A stretch of 64,000 nt of DNA from Neocallimastix sp. 'constans'. Taxonomy: Eukaryota. The notes beneath the pieces were generated by a model. That model was not told the DNA's origin. It made no database searches and saw only the letters and a list, made by a program, of their open reading frames with translations. Shown here piece after piece: positions 51,852 through 64,000 of this stretch. Each line of letters starts with the position of its first letter. The stretch's first letter is position 1. Made by a program: the position numbers and the translations under genes. The DNA is taken from NCBI GenBank assembly GCA_050613775.1, contig JBODTK010000133.1, positions 186,001-250,000 on the forward strand, given 5' to 3'.

Positions 51852-53568
51852 GTCTTGACGTAAAGTGGTGAAGCACTTATTAGTAAAACAATAGGCAACA
51901 CTGAAAATTAATAATAAGTAAAAAATGTTTTATAAAAAATTTGTTTTAATTTATTAAAATAAAATTTATAAATTATTAATTAATTAATTTATTAATTTTG
52001 TAATATAATTAACTAATTGATTAATAAAAGCACGAATTTAAAAATTTTTTTTTTTTAGTATTCGTTTCACCTGATATTTCTCTAGATATTTAAAAATAAA
52101 ATAGTTTAATTGTTTACTCCAGATTTTATTTTAAATGTTTTTTTAATTCCCAACATTTGTCACCTGGTTTGATATCTAAAATAAGTTTTAATTGCAATCT
52201 TAATTTCTTGTAAAATTATTTAATTTTACAAGAAATTAAGATATTTTTTATTATTTCTATTCTTTAAATAATTTATAACACTTTTTAATTTCTTCTTTAA
52301 CACCATGTTTTAAGTATACAAATTGTCTTTCTTGGTTGTTTATATTTTCATAACCTTTTAAAAATCTTTCAACCATGAATTTACATCATTGTAATAACGA
52401 ATACTACATTATTATTGTAATTATTATTAATGATCTTATTTTATAATTACTTATTAAATATTTATAGTTTTATATATATAAAAATAAAGGTATTATATAT
52501 ATTTTTATTTTATTATTTTTTCGGGTTTCATTTACGTCTTCTAGTCGTTTCATATATTTTATTATATCTAGTACCAAATGATATAGTATTTTATTAAATG
52601 CCGTATATGTTAGTTGAACGTTTATGCAAAAGAAAATTATTCCAAGAATATTATATTATAATAATTATATTTCCTTTTTATTTATTTATTATTTTTATTT
52701 ATTATTTTATATAGTAGTTTTATTATGAAAAACACATACCTATTATTATAATTATATATTTAAAAATATTTATTTATTGATTATTTTCATTATTATATTT
52801 TAAACTAATTTTATAAGTATTATTTCTCGAAACGCTAAACTAATTAATAAATACAAATATTCATAACTCTTCGCTTATAACTATTAATTCATATTATTCA
52901 ATATTATCTAAAACTATATTAACAATAACATTTCAACTTATAATTAAACATTCAACCTATATTCTAATTAATATAACTAATTTTACTATATGATCATAAA
53001 TTATTTTAATAGCGTTAATATTATTATTTAATTATATATTTTAATAATTCTTAATAATGAATTATATTTAATAATATATTTTAAGATTCATTATATAAAA
53101 ATAATTTTTAATAATAAATATATATTAATAATTTTTTTAAATAGTATTTTTATTATTTTATACTATTTCTATCAGACTCGTTTCAAAAATGAAATGCTCT
53201 AATAATTGGCGTGATCCAACATAGGGTTGGAAGTGCCAATTAAGTATTTCAAAATTATGAAAAATTGTTGAAATTATTAACACTCATAAAAAAAAAATAA
53301 TAAATAAAAATGTTTTTAAAGAAAATAAAATAGGTTTTATAATAAACTTTTATTTATTTAATTATTTAAAAGATGAATTTTGTTTATAATTAAAGTGTAA
53401 TTTATTATAAAATTTTTCTTCTCACGAGCTTTTCAATTTTTAGTTGGTATAGAGATATTTTTAAATTAAGTTTTAATTAAAATAGATTTTTTCCTAAAAA
53501 ATTAGAATTTTTAATTTTATAGATAATTATCAATTCAATAATTTGATTTAGTTTTGGTTAGAATAAAA

Positions 53569-54206
53569 TGTTGAAATTAAAACTGAATTGAAATCGTAAT
53601 TTCACTTATTTACATTTCAATAGTTAAAAATATTATTAATTTAATTATAAATAATATGTATATTTAAATAATTAATGATTAATATAAATTCTTAATTAAT
53701 ATTTAAAGAATTATCTTAGGCCTAATAATTCTGAGAATATTAATAAATAAGATATCTTAATATTTTATTAATTATAAAATATTATAAAAATCTTTACATA
53801 TTATATTTTAATTATAAAATATAATATTTAGCTATATTAGATTCTTATATTTTATTTATATTAAATATTTATATTATTATCAATATCAAACATACATTAA
53901 TACTATTACATATTCATATTCATATCAATATTTTAATAATTAATTAATTTATATAAATACATGTTTAAATCTTTTGATTAATCTTTTGTAGGATTATTAT
54001 AATTTAAATTATAATAATAATTATATAAAATAATAATGTAATAAAATATTATTAAGATTAAATAAATTTTATATTTTAAATAACAACTTATTTTATTACT
54101 AATAACAATATGTTTTAAATAAAAATAAATTTAAATTATTGATTAATTATTATAATTTGGCATCTTGATATAATCGTTAAGACCAAATTATCTTAAAACT
54201 TTGACA
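53569..54206 (+). mobile_element. Solo LTR (family B)
   Basis: TGTTGAAATT...AAAACTTTGACA. It is a direct repeat of 55691-56312 and an inverted match to ~57555-57740. Confidence 0.7.
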
Positions 54207-55690
54207 AAAATGTAAAGTTATATTGATTGATTAGGTAAGATTCTTGCTATATCTTTCCTAGCTTGGGTTAAATTGGTCAGGTCAAGATGTTTTTATTAAT
54301 TATACAATTTAATTAAATTTAAATAATAAATAACACACACAGAGTTTTATAATTAAGATTTCAATATTTAAGATTTATGTTTTATTAGAACTTTATTTAA
54401 TATATATTTTAATAATAAATTTTAACTAAGATCAATATAAAGAATTATTTATTGTTATAATTAATTCATTAACTTTATGTTAACAGGTTATGAGTTAATA
54501 ATCTTACAAAGAATTCAAAATATGGAATTTCAAATCCTTTTAATACTAAATTAAAATAATAATTAACAATATAATTAAATAATACATTCTATTCTTAATA
54601 TATTCATCCATGTATATAAACTATATAAATTATAATAATAAAATAATATTGATAAGAATCTTTTAATACAATAACTATATAATTATTCATAAAACAATTT
54701 AATACTAAAACTAATTTAATAATAAATATAAAAACAAAATATTAAAACTAATTAAAATTTCTCTTTCGGAAATTTATAGAATGATAAAGAATTCCTTAGA
54801 ATCTTTTAGAAAATAATTGAATAAAAATATTATAATAAAATAAATAAAACTTATAAACTTATTTAAAATATTATAAAACTATTACTAATAACTAATTCTG
54901 TATTTTTAATTAATAATAAAAATTAATAATATAAATTCCAAGTTAAGAGAATTATCTAATATTAATTTCTTAATTAATAATTTAGGGTCTTAATTAAATA
55001 ATTAAATTATTTTTTTATATTTAGAATATCTTTAAAGTCCAACATCTCGTTATCTAGTTGTCCAATAAGGTTGATTTTAACGTATGTTGTAGTTCTCGTC
55101 TGTAGCTTTCCAATGAATATAATTTTAGTTGGAATGTCAATATAATATTTCCATTATTTGTTGAGTTGTCGTTGTTTTTCTTCAAGTTATTTTTATTAAA
55201 TTCTTAAGGGTTAAATTAAATTCAAATTATCTTTTGTTAAAATAATCACATTTTATTTTATATTCTTATATTATTATCAATATTATATTCTTATCTTATA
55301 TTAATATTTTATTCTTATATTTTTATGTTGTGTAACATTTATCTATGTGTATTAATTCATAGAATTATCACATGATTAAATATGTAATTTTTACTATAAA
55401 AAAATAATTATTTTTATTTTCTTAAAAAAAATGAGTTCTTTACATTAATAAAATTTATGTATTAAATAAATACAAAAAATAAATAAAGTTTATTATAAAA
55501 AACACACATATTTTTCTCATCTTTAATAAATAAGTCCAAACCCTTTGGCTTCTGATTATTTAATGTTTCTAATATTTATTTTTATAATTAAAATCGAATT
55601 AAAATAAATTTTGTCAATAACGAAATTAAATTTCAATTGATCTGATAATGAATTTTAACCTTGAATCCACTAGTATTCGTGACAAAAAAA

Positions 55691-56312
55691 TGTTAAGATA
55701 ATAACTGAATTTCAATTCAATTTCAATTTCGATAATTCAGTTATTTGAATTTCAATATTAAAAAATAATAATATAATAATTATTATTAAATTAACTTTAT
55801 TAAAATATTTAGGAATTAGTCTAGGCCAACTAATTACTAAATATTATTAACATATTGAATTTAATATATATTAAATAATGTAAACACGTGATTGTCATAT
55901 TAAATTAATTTCTACAATATTTGATTCTTATATTTTATTTATATTAAATATTTATATTATTATCTAACTTTATATTATCAATATCAAACTTATATTAATA
56001 TTATTTACATATTCATATTAATAATTAATATTTTAATAATTAATTATTTTATATAAATACATGTTTAAATTCTTTTGATTAATCCTTTGTAGGATTATTG
56101 TAATTTAAATTATAGTAATAATTATATAAAATAATAATGTAATAAAATATTATTAAGATTAAATAAAATTTATATTTTAAATAAAAATTTAATTATAAAA
56201 TTTACTAATAACAATATGTTTTAAATAAGAGTAAAATTAAGTTATTAATTAATTACTATAATTTGGCATCTTGACCTAATCGTTAAGACCAAATTATCTA
56301 AAAACTTTGACA
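55691..56312 (+). mobile_element. Solo LTR (family B), second copy
   Basis: TGTTAAGATA...AAAACTTTGACA, flanked by AAAAA on both sides. The 3' two-thirds are near-identical to ~53830-54206. Confidence 0.7.
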
Positions 56313-56800
56313 AAAAATCTATAGATTGTACTAAGAGTTGATTCATAATTTTGCAATAATTTTTTAAAATGGTGCAGGTACACAATAAACTTCAAAAAAA
56401 AAAAAATGAAAATAATATATTAGTTAATAATTTAATTTCAATTTCCAGTTTTTTTTATTTTTTTAACTCCTAATTTTTTATTAAGTATTTTCTTTTTCTT
56501 TTATACTTTTTTACTACATGAATTTTTATAATAATTTAAATTATTTTAATTCTTATTAGTATAATTATTACATGTGTTTTTAAATAATATTTTTTAAGAG
56601 TTATTTTAATAATAAAAATATTAATACTAATATAATTAATATTATCTTTAATGACAAATATTATTAATGATAAAATTAAAAAATTTAACAATAAAATTAT
56701 TGGTAATATTTTTGATAATATAATTCTTGAAACAATTTAATATTAATAATAATTAAATATAATAATAAAACAATTTAATTAATATAAGATAATAATTATT

Positions 56801-56912
56801 TAATAATTAGTCATTAATCAATTTAATTAAATAATGATTTTTTAATAATTAGTCATTAATCAATTTAATTAAATAATGATTTTTTAATAATTAGTCATTA
56901 ATCAATTTAATT
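56801..56912. repeat. Tandem repeat, 42-bp unit, about 2.7 copies
   Basis: TAATAATTAGTCATTAATCAATTTAATT starts at 56801, 56843 and 56885. Confidence 0.85.
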
Positions 56913-57554
56913 TGATAATTTATATAATTATTTTAAATTAAGAATAAAATTTTGGAATTATAAAAATAGTTTAAAATATTTAATACATAAAGTTATTAAA
57001 CTTATGTTAAAATTAAGATATAAAATAGTTTTATGATTAATAACGTTACTAGGTTAATATGTTGAATTATATATTAATAATCCAACAATAATTAATTAAT
57101 AATAATATAAAAATAATATAAGATAAATAGTTAAGTTATTTAAACACTTAATATCTAAGAATATTTTAAATAATAATTTCTTTGAAGGATTTATGAAAAT
57201 ATTTATTTATTGAATTATTAGTATATAATTATTGTAAGTACAATAACCTTACAAAGAACATAAAAGATAGATTTTTACATCTTTCTTTTATACTTTGTAA
57301 GTTACATAATAATAATATTTAATTATAAGATATTAATAATATAGTAATATGAATATTAATAAAATATTAAGATAATAACAATATCGATATGTTTAAAATA
57401 TTTAATATAACTAAATAAATTTAATTTATAATTATATAATTAATTTGAATAATTAAAAATAGTAGTTAATATATATGATGTAAACATATATATAAACATA
57501 ATATAAATAAATACATGTGACGTCATATGTAGATAATTGAAATTATTAATATAA

Positions 57555-57750
57555 ATCTTATTTACTAATATTCTCAGAATTATTAGGCCTAAGATAATTC
57601 CTTAAATATTAAATAAGAATTTATATTAATTATTAATTATTTAAATATATATATTATTTATAATTAAATAAATAATATTTGTTAACTATTGAAATGTAAA
57701 TAACTGAAATTGAGATTTCAATTCAGTTATAATTTCAACAATGCCCTCCC
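57555..57750 (-). mobile_element. Start of a family-B 3' LTR with its PPT (inverted orientation)
   Basis: The minus strand reads GGGAGGGCAT-TGTTGAAATTATAACTGAATTGAAATC..., matching 53569-~53750. The distal LTR end is not resolved. Confidence 0.65.
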
Positions 57751-59180
57751 ATAAAAATCGGATTCAAGACGATTTTTGTGTAACGATAAGGAGGATTAAA
57801 TTTTTGTTAAAAAATTTTTTTGGAATTTCTTAAATTAAAAATTTTTAATTTATGAAAGAGGAAGGTCACTTGAGTCCTTTTAAATTTTTAAAGGAAACCC
57901 TTTATAAGTGGCCATTTCATTGAAATTTTGAAATCTCTAAAATTTAATAAAATTAAAATTTTATTATGAAAATTGATGTTTAAGAATATGATGGTACCAT
58001 TTTTAAATGTTTTTGATTAAAAATTTTTGAAATTGAAATTTAGAAATTTTAATTTCAATTAACTTTTTAATTTTATGCATTAACTTTAAAAATTGAAAAT
58101 TATAATAATTAATGAATTTATGAATAAAATTAGATTATAAATTGATAGATGTAAGTGTAACATAGCTATGTTTTTGAATTTTGAAAATTTTGAAAATTTC
58201 GAAATTTTGAAATTGAAATTTGACTGAAAAATTGATAATAATGTAAAGATATTATTAATATCTTTAAATAATTTTAATTAAATTTAATCATAAATTTAAG
58301 TAAAATTAAAATAAATTTATTTGAAATCACGTGTATAAAATTATTGAAAATATTTTTAACATAATTTCGATTTTTTCCCAATCATACTAATAAATTAAAA
58401 ATTTCTCTTGTGAAACTAGTATTTGAAAATCATTTCTTTTTATGTAATTTAATTTAAATAATAAGAGTTAAGGTTTTTTGCGAGATAAATTAACAACATG
58501 AAACCATGCAATTAGTCATGTTGAAACTTGCGGCATTTTATGCTAAAATCATATTAAATAATTATGACAACTTTTATATTAATTTTAAATAGAAAATATA
58601 ATAAGAATTTATTAATAATATTTAAATAATAAATAAATAATAAATGAGCTCGATTGAAATTGTTTATATTTATTTTAGTTATTAATTATAATTCTCTTTA
58701 TTTAGTAATAGTTAATTATTTATTATTAGTTTAGGTTAGTATTGTTTTTAAATAAATAGTTAGATAATATAATTCAATAGGAATTATATATTATAAATGT
58801 AATAAGATAAAAATATAAATAGTTAACCAAATTTCATGTATTTTAATCGATGTAATTGTTATTAACGATTTATTGTTAATAACACTAATAATTAATAAAG
58901 ATTATTTTAAAATCTAAATATAATAAAACTTATTTGTTTATAAAACATTTTTGTGTTATTTAGTGTTATTATAATTTTTGACTTATAATCTATTTTTTAA
59001 ATCAAAACTTTATAATAACAATTACCTTTTTCTCTCAATAAAATACGTTATAAGTCAAGATTATAACACGTGATACGTTAACAGTGGCTTGTGTGTGGCT
59101 TGATTCAAAATATTTTTTTTACCAGAGATTTTACCAGGGAATTTTAACTACCTACTTTTGACACCAACGCTTTTGGAATA

Positions 59181-59465
59181 CTACCAGTCTAAGGGAATTA
59201 CTACCAGTTTTAGGATACTGCTACCAGTTAAGGATATTGCTACCAGTTTTAGATTATTGCTACCAGTTTTAGATTATTGCTACCAGTTTTAGATTATTGC
59301 TACCAGTTTTAGATTATTGCTACCAGTTTTAGATTATTGCTACCAGTTTTAGATTATTGCTACCAGTTTTAGATTATTGCTACCAGTTTTAGATTATTGC
59401 TACCAGTTTTAGATTATTGCTACCAGTTTCAGAATATTGCCACCAGCTCTATAATATTGCTACCG
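59181..59465 (+). repeat. 20-bp tandem array (TACCAGTTTTAGATTATTGC)n in the Gypsy leader
   Basis: Nine perfect copies at 59241-59420, with degenerate copies on both sides. Confidence 0.95.
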
Positions 59466-59729
59466 AAATTACAATTACACGTCTTAGAACAAGATTCGAA
59501 AAACCATAAACCTTTAATATTTTAATTTATAACGTTTCGTTTACTCGACAGCACCGCTTCAAAGGATAGAGCTAGATCGACTAGATGAAAAAACGTTATA
59601 GTTTGAAATATTTATTTGTTTGATATTTTTGTTAAAGAAATTGCAAAAAATTTAAGTCAATTTAAAATAATCAAATTGGAGGGATTTAACAACCTAATAA
59701 GAAGATTCGAAGACCTTAACCTGCAAGAA

Positions 59730-62700
59730 ATGAATCAAGAGAATCATCAAGTTCTGCCCCGTAACAATCAAAAGATTGTTAACGAACCACCGCTATTTTC
59801 TGGAATCAAGAAGAACTTTGATGGCTTCCTTACAAGAGCTGAAATAGCTATGGAAGCCAATCCACAAGGTTTCAATAACGACCATACAAAGGTCAGATTT
59901 ATAATTTCTTATCTTGTCGGTGATCCCTTGATATGGGCCTCAAACTTGCGAAGAAATAATGATCCCCTGCTCAATGTTTATGAAGATTTTATTCAAGAAT
60001 TAAGAAATCAATTTGGAGAGCAGGACATGAGCACAGTTGTCGCAAACGGTAAATTATGCAGCATCCGACAACATAAATTTGGTCATGTTAGTGAGTATAT
60101 AAATGAATTTAATAAAATCAGCAGACATTCAGATTTTAACGATTCTGCTAAGATTTATATGTTTGTAAAAGGACTTCACTACAAGATGAGGGAGCACCTT
60201 GCAGTGGTAAATCCAAATCCCAACAACTTAAGAAGACTTTTCACTGATGTCCTTAGTATCGAAAGCTTAACTAAGAGACATGAAATAAATGAATTTTTCT
60301 ATCATAATTATTACCATCGTAAGGAAATAAATAATAATAATCATGCGTCTAATAATGATCCCATGGAAGTTGACCTCTATCGAATCAAGAGAGGTCAAAG
60401 GAATACCAACTATTTCCCATCCAACAAGAAATTGTACCAGGAGAATGTTAACTCTATGGAAGAAGAAAGAAGAAAAGGTCTTTGCTACTATTGTAAGCAA
60501 CCAGGGCATCTAAAATTTAATTGCCCGAACAAGAAGAGGCCCGCTACAGTTAAAATGATCAACAAGAAAGAAAGAAATGATAATATTGCATCTACTAGCT
60601 TAAGAAGAATCAGAAGAATCAACAGCCAAGAAGATATTTTGAAAGTCAGAAAAATTGTTGAAGAGCAAAACTCGCTCTTGACCAAGAAAAGTAACATTAT
60701 TGATTTTTATATCAAAACAAACGATACAGAAGAAGTAAAGGCAAGAGTTTTGATTGATTCTGGATCAGATCTTAACTTTATTCACCCAGAATTTGCGAAG
60801 GCTTTTGGAATCAAAACCCAACAAATTGAAGAACCATTCCGTGTTACTGGTCTTGGTTACGGAATATCAACAGTTAAAAAGGAAACCGAGAAGTGCATTC
60901 TACGTTTAAAAAATCACTTAGAAACCATTCAATTGTATGTACTCAGAATTCCTGATGTTGATATTATTTTAGGCCTACCTTGGATTGAGAAGCATTCGCC
61001 TTATAATTACCACGACGCAAAGAAGATCTCCTTTGGCTCAGGATTTTGCGCTAGACACTGTAATAACGGTAAAAGAAAAAGAAAGAACAAGATCAAGAAC
61101 AAGAAAAAGAACAAAGGAAAAGAATCTGCTACCGACTTGGAAGAAAATAAAATTATTGAAGACTCAAGAAAAAGAAAATCTTTCTTTGACTCCGATTCCG
61201 AATCTGATTCTGAAGAAGAAATTTCTATTCGTGGCCGCCGAACTCGTATTAGAACTTGTACTGAATTTATTAATAGTGATAGCGATAGTGATATTAATGA
61301 TACTTTTATGTTAGATAATTTTAGTGATAGCATTAGTGATAGCGATAATTTTAGTGATAGTGATGATATTATTGTTATGAATTGTGATAGTAAAACTAGT
61401 AAAAATAGTTTAAAGATCTTAAAGAAAATTTGTGAATCAAGTAAATGTAAGAAATTAAATGTAATTGAAAAATGTAATAATGAAAATAATAATTTAAATA
61501 AAGATGATGAAAAGGTCGAAGTACCTGAAATCTATTTGATGTTTAAAGAAGTGTTTAATGAAAATAATTGTAATGTGTTACCTCCGCATCGTAATTATGA
61601 TTGTGAAATTAAATTAAAAGATAATTGTAGTCTATTTTATGGTCCGTTGTACCCTTTAACTGAAACGGAGAGAGAAGAATTAAAGAAATATTTAGAAGAG
61701 AATTTAAAAAAGGGTTTTATTAGGAAATCTTCTTCTCCTGCTGGTGCACCTATTTTATTTGTTAGAAAAAAGGATGGTACTTATAGACTAGTTATTGATT
61801 ATAGAAAATTGAACGAAATGACCATCCGTAACTCTTATCCACTTCCTTTAATTAGTGAATTGTTGGATAGAGTTAAAGGTGCTAAATATTTTACTAAGTT
61901 AGATTTAAAATCTGCTTATAACTTAGTAAGAATTAAAGAAGGTGACGAGTACAAAACTGCCTTTCGTACAAGATACGGGCACTTTGAATATCTCGTTATG
62001 CCTTTTGGGCTTAAGAATGCCCCTGCTACATTCCAACATTTTATAAATGATGTTCTCAGTGATTACTTAGATGATTTTGTAATCTCTTACATTGATGACA
62101 TTTTAATTTATTCTAATACTTTAGAAGAACATCATGTACATGTTAAGAAAGTTTTAAGAAAATTGTTAGAGAATCATTTAGTTGTTAAATTAGAAAAGTG
62201 TGAATTTGATGTAACTGAAACTACCTTTCTTGGTTATGTTTTATCAAGAGATGGAATTAAAATGGATAAAGAAAAAGTTAAAGCAATTTTAGATTGGCCT
62301 GTTCCTACAAACGTTAAAGAAATTCAATCGTTTATTGGACTTTGTAATTATTACAGAATTTTTATTAAAGACTTTGCGAAAATTGCAAATCCTCTCCACA
62401 AATTAACTAGAAAAAATGTTCCTTTTAATTGGAGTTCTGAACAACAAAAAGCGTTTGATACTTTAAAAGAATTATTTACTACTGCTCCTATTTTGAAACA
62501 TCCTGATAGCAACAAACAATTCATTGTTGAAACTGATGCTAGTAATTTTGCTGTTGGTGCAATTCTTTCTCAGGAATTTGATGGGCATTTGCATCCAATT
62601 GCTTTTATTTCTACTAGCTTAACTAAATCCCAAAGAAATTACCCTATCTATGACAAAGAACTTCTTGCTATTAAAGTTGCATTGGAAGGATGGAGACATT

Positions 62701-64000
62701 ACTTAGAAGGAGCTCGCCATCAGTTTATTATTTATACTGATCATAAGAATTTAACTTTCCCTCGAAAACCTGAACTTCTTTCCCAACGCCAAATTCGTTG
62801 GTATGAATTCTTATCTAGATTTGATTTTAAACTAATTTACAGAGCTGGTAAAAAGTCAGGTAAACCAGATATTTTATCAAGACGTAGTGATTATTTATTT
62901 GCTAGTGTTCGTCCTATTTCATGCGTTATTAATTCATGTAGTTTTAAGAATGATTCTTTAATCTCCTCTATTCATGATTCTCTAGCTAATGATGAATTCT
63001 ATTGCAAAATAACTGAATTTCTTAAAAATGATAAATCAAAAGATCCCCCTTTTAGTAAAATCGATAAATTTTCTCTTGACAAAAATGGTTATTTACTTTT
63101 TGAAAATTTAATTTATGTTCCCAATAAAATTAGAATAAGAGTTTTAGAACTCCATCATGACTCTATTTCTGCTGGTCATTTTGGAATTAATAAAACTATT
63201 GAACTTATTTCTCGTAATTTCTGGTGGCCTAAATTACAAAAAGATGTTAAAATGTTTATTAAATCTTGTGAAATTTGTTCAAAATCCAAAATCCCAAGAC
63301 ATAAGCCATATGGTTTACTTTCTCCACTTTCTACACCAAATAGAGCCTGGTCTGCTATCTCTATGGATTTTATTGTTGAACTTCCGAAATCCAAAGATAT
63401 GACCACTATAATGGTTGTTGTGGATCGCTTAACTAAAATGGCTCATTTTATACCTTTTAGATGTCTTCCTACTGCTTCTATTGCTGCTGATTCTTTCATT
63501 GCTAATATTTTTAAACTTCATGGTTTCCCCGATTCTATTATTTCTGATCGTGGTTCTCAGTTTACCTCTGATTTTTGGAATCGTCTTTGCTCTCTTTTAA
63601 ATATTAAGCATTCTTTTTCTACTGCTAATCACCCGCAGACTGATGGTCAAACGGAGAGGGTGAACTCGATATTGGAACAATATCTTCGTTGTTTCATTAA
63701 CGAAAAACAAAATAATTGGTTTGATTTATTACCTTTTGCAGAATTTTCTTATAATAATACTTTACAACAGTCAATAAATCAATCACCATTTTTTGCAAAT
63801 TATGGTTTTAATCCGAAATTTAATCCTGAAATTCCTTCAAATGAGAATCCGCATAGAGCTGAGAAAAGAATATTAAATATTAATGAAAACATTAAATTTT
63901 TAAAAGAAAACTTAGAGCAAGCAAAAAAGACTTATAAGAAATATGCAGATCTGAAAAGAATGGATTCTCCAGATTTTAAAGTAGGAAATAAAGTTTATCT
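59730..64000 (+). CDS. Gag-Pol polyprotein (gag, zinc knuckle, protease, RT, RNase H, integrase), 3'-partial
   Basis: One frame from ATG 59730 stays open to the window end (hence absent from the ORF track). Motifs: PPLFSG, SYLVGDPLIWA, DPMEVD, CYYCKQPGHLKFNC, VLIDSGSDLNFI, LPPHRNYDCEIKL, MPFGLKNAPATFQ, YIDDILIYS (62088), VETDASNFAVGAIL, HDS..AGHFG...CEIC, DFIVELP, SDRGSQF, HPQTDGQTERVN, FKVGNKV. Confidence 0.95.
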   Translation, partial: MNQENHQVLPRNNQKIVNEPPLFSGIKKNFDGFLTRAEIAMEANPQGFNNDHTKVRFIISYLVGDPLIWASNLRRNNDPLLNVYEDFIQELRNQFGEQDMSTVVANGKLCSIRQHKFGHVSEYINEFNKISRHSDFNDSAKIYMFVKGLHYKMREHLAVVNPNPNNLRRLFTDVLSIESLTKRHEINEFFYHNYYHRKEINNNNHASNNDPMEVDLYRIKRGQRNTNYFPSNKKLYQENVNSMEEERRKGLCYYCKQPGHLKFNCPNKKRPATVKMINKKERNDNIASTSLRRIRRINSQEDILKVRKIVEEQNSLLTKKSNIIDFYIKTNDTEEVKARVLIDSGSDLNFIHPEFAKAFGIKTQQIEEPFRVTGLGYGISTVKKETEKCILRLKNHLETIQLYVLRIPDVDIILGLPWIEKHSPYNYHDAKKISFGSGFCARHCNNGKRKRKNKIKNKKKNKGKESATDLEENKIIEDSRKRKSFFDSDSESDSEEEISIRGRRTRIRTCTEFINSDSDSDINDTFMLDNFSDSISDSDNFSDSDDIIVMNCDSKTSKNSLKILKKICESSKCKKLNVIEKCNNENNNLNKDDEKVEVPEIYLMFKEVFNENNCNVLPPHRNYDCEIKLKDNCSLFYGPLYPLTETEREELKKYLEENLKKGFIRKSSSPAGAPILFVRKKDGTYRLVIDYRKLNEMTIRNSYPLPLISELLDRVKGAKYFTKLDLKSAYNLVRIKEGDEYKTAFRTRYGHFEYLVMPFGLKNAPATFQHFINDVLSDYLDDFVISYIDDILIYSNTLEEHHVHVKKVLRKLLENHLVVKLEKCEFDVTETTFLGYVLSRDGIKMDKEKVKAILDWPVPTNVKEIQSFIGLCNYYRIFIKDFAKIANPLHKLTRKNVPFNWSSEQQKAFDTLKELFTTAPILKHPDSNKQFIVETDASNFAVGAILSQEFDGHLHPIAFISTSLTKSQRNYPIYDKELLAIKVALEGWRHYLEGARHQFIIYTDHKNLTFPRKPELLSQRQIRWYEFLSRFDFKLIYRAGKKSGKPDILSRRSDYLFASVRPISCVINSCSFKNDSLISSIHDSLANDEFYCKITEFLKNDKSKDPPFSKIDKFSLDKNGYLLFENLIYVPNKIRIRVLELHHDSISAGHFGINKTIELISRNFWWPKLQKDVKMFIKSCEICSKSKIPRHKPYGLLSPLSTPNRAWSAISMDFIVELPKSKDMTTIMVVVDRLTKMAHFIPFRCLPTASIAADSFIANIFKLHGFPDSIISDRGSQFTSDFWNRLCSLLNIKHSFSTANHPQTDGQTERVNSILEQYLRCFINEKQNNWFDLLPFAEFSYNNTLQQSINQSPFFANYGFNPKFNPEIPSNENPHRAEKRILNINENIKFLKENLEQAKKTYKKYADLKRMDSPDFKVGNKVY

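Larger units (their letters stand above)
58519..64000 (+). mobile_element. Ty3/Gypsy (chromovirus-like) LTR retrotransposon, apparently intact, truncated by the window end
   Basis: The candidate 5' LTR end is CGTTAACA at 59083, followed by G-TGGCTTGTGTG (PBS-like). The LTR start is uncertain (TGTTGAAAC at 58519 is one candidate). A leader with a tandem array precedes a single gag-pol ORF. Confidence 0.85.

Noticed and set aside
60267..63406. Small ORFs within the Gypsy pol region
   Set aside because: They are alternate-frame or antisense shadows of the gag-pol ORF.

Overview
This is an extremely AT-rich eukaryotic window with spliceosomal introns and long poly(A)/poly(T) and (TAAA)n tracts. 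Composition, intron style and transposon types suggest an anaerobic gut fungus (Neocallimastigomycota); this is inference only. The left half (1-37 kb) holds three host genes. (i) An 11-exon eIF2A gene whose 7th intron is a U12-type AT-AC intron and whose last exon encodes a Q/N-rich insertion. (ii) An intronless single-pass membrane protein. (iii) An intronless, bacterial-style NRPS-like gene (acyl-activating A, T, C, vestigial A), split by one extra base between T and C. The left half also has two decayed Copia relics, an internally deleted Ty3/Gypsy element with both LTRs, and a MULE DNA transposon with a 9-bp TSD. The right half (38-64 kb) is a nest of LTRs, gag relics and tandem repeats, ending in an uninterrupted Ty3/Gypsy gag-pol ORF that runs off the window. 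The most unexplained signal is a non-coding island at about 38.1-39.1 kb. It has nested long stems followed by six ~24-nt bulged hairpins with co-varying outer stems and unique spacers. Most short ORFs in the supplied track are low-complexity artefacts.
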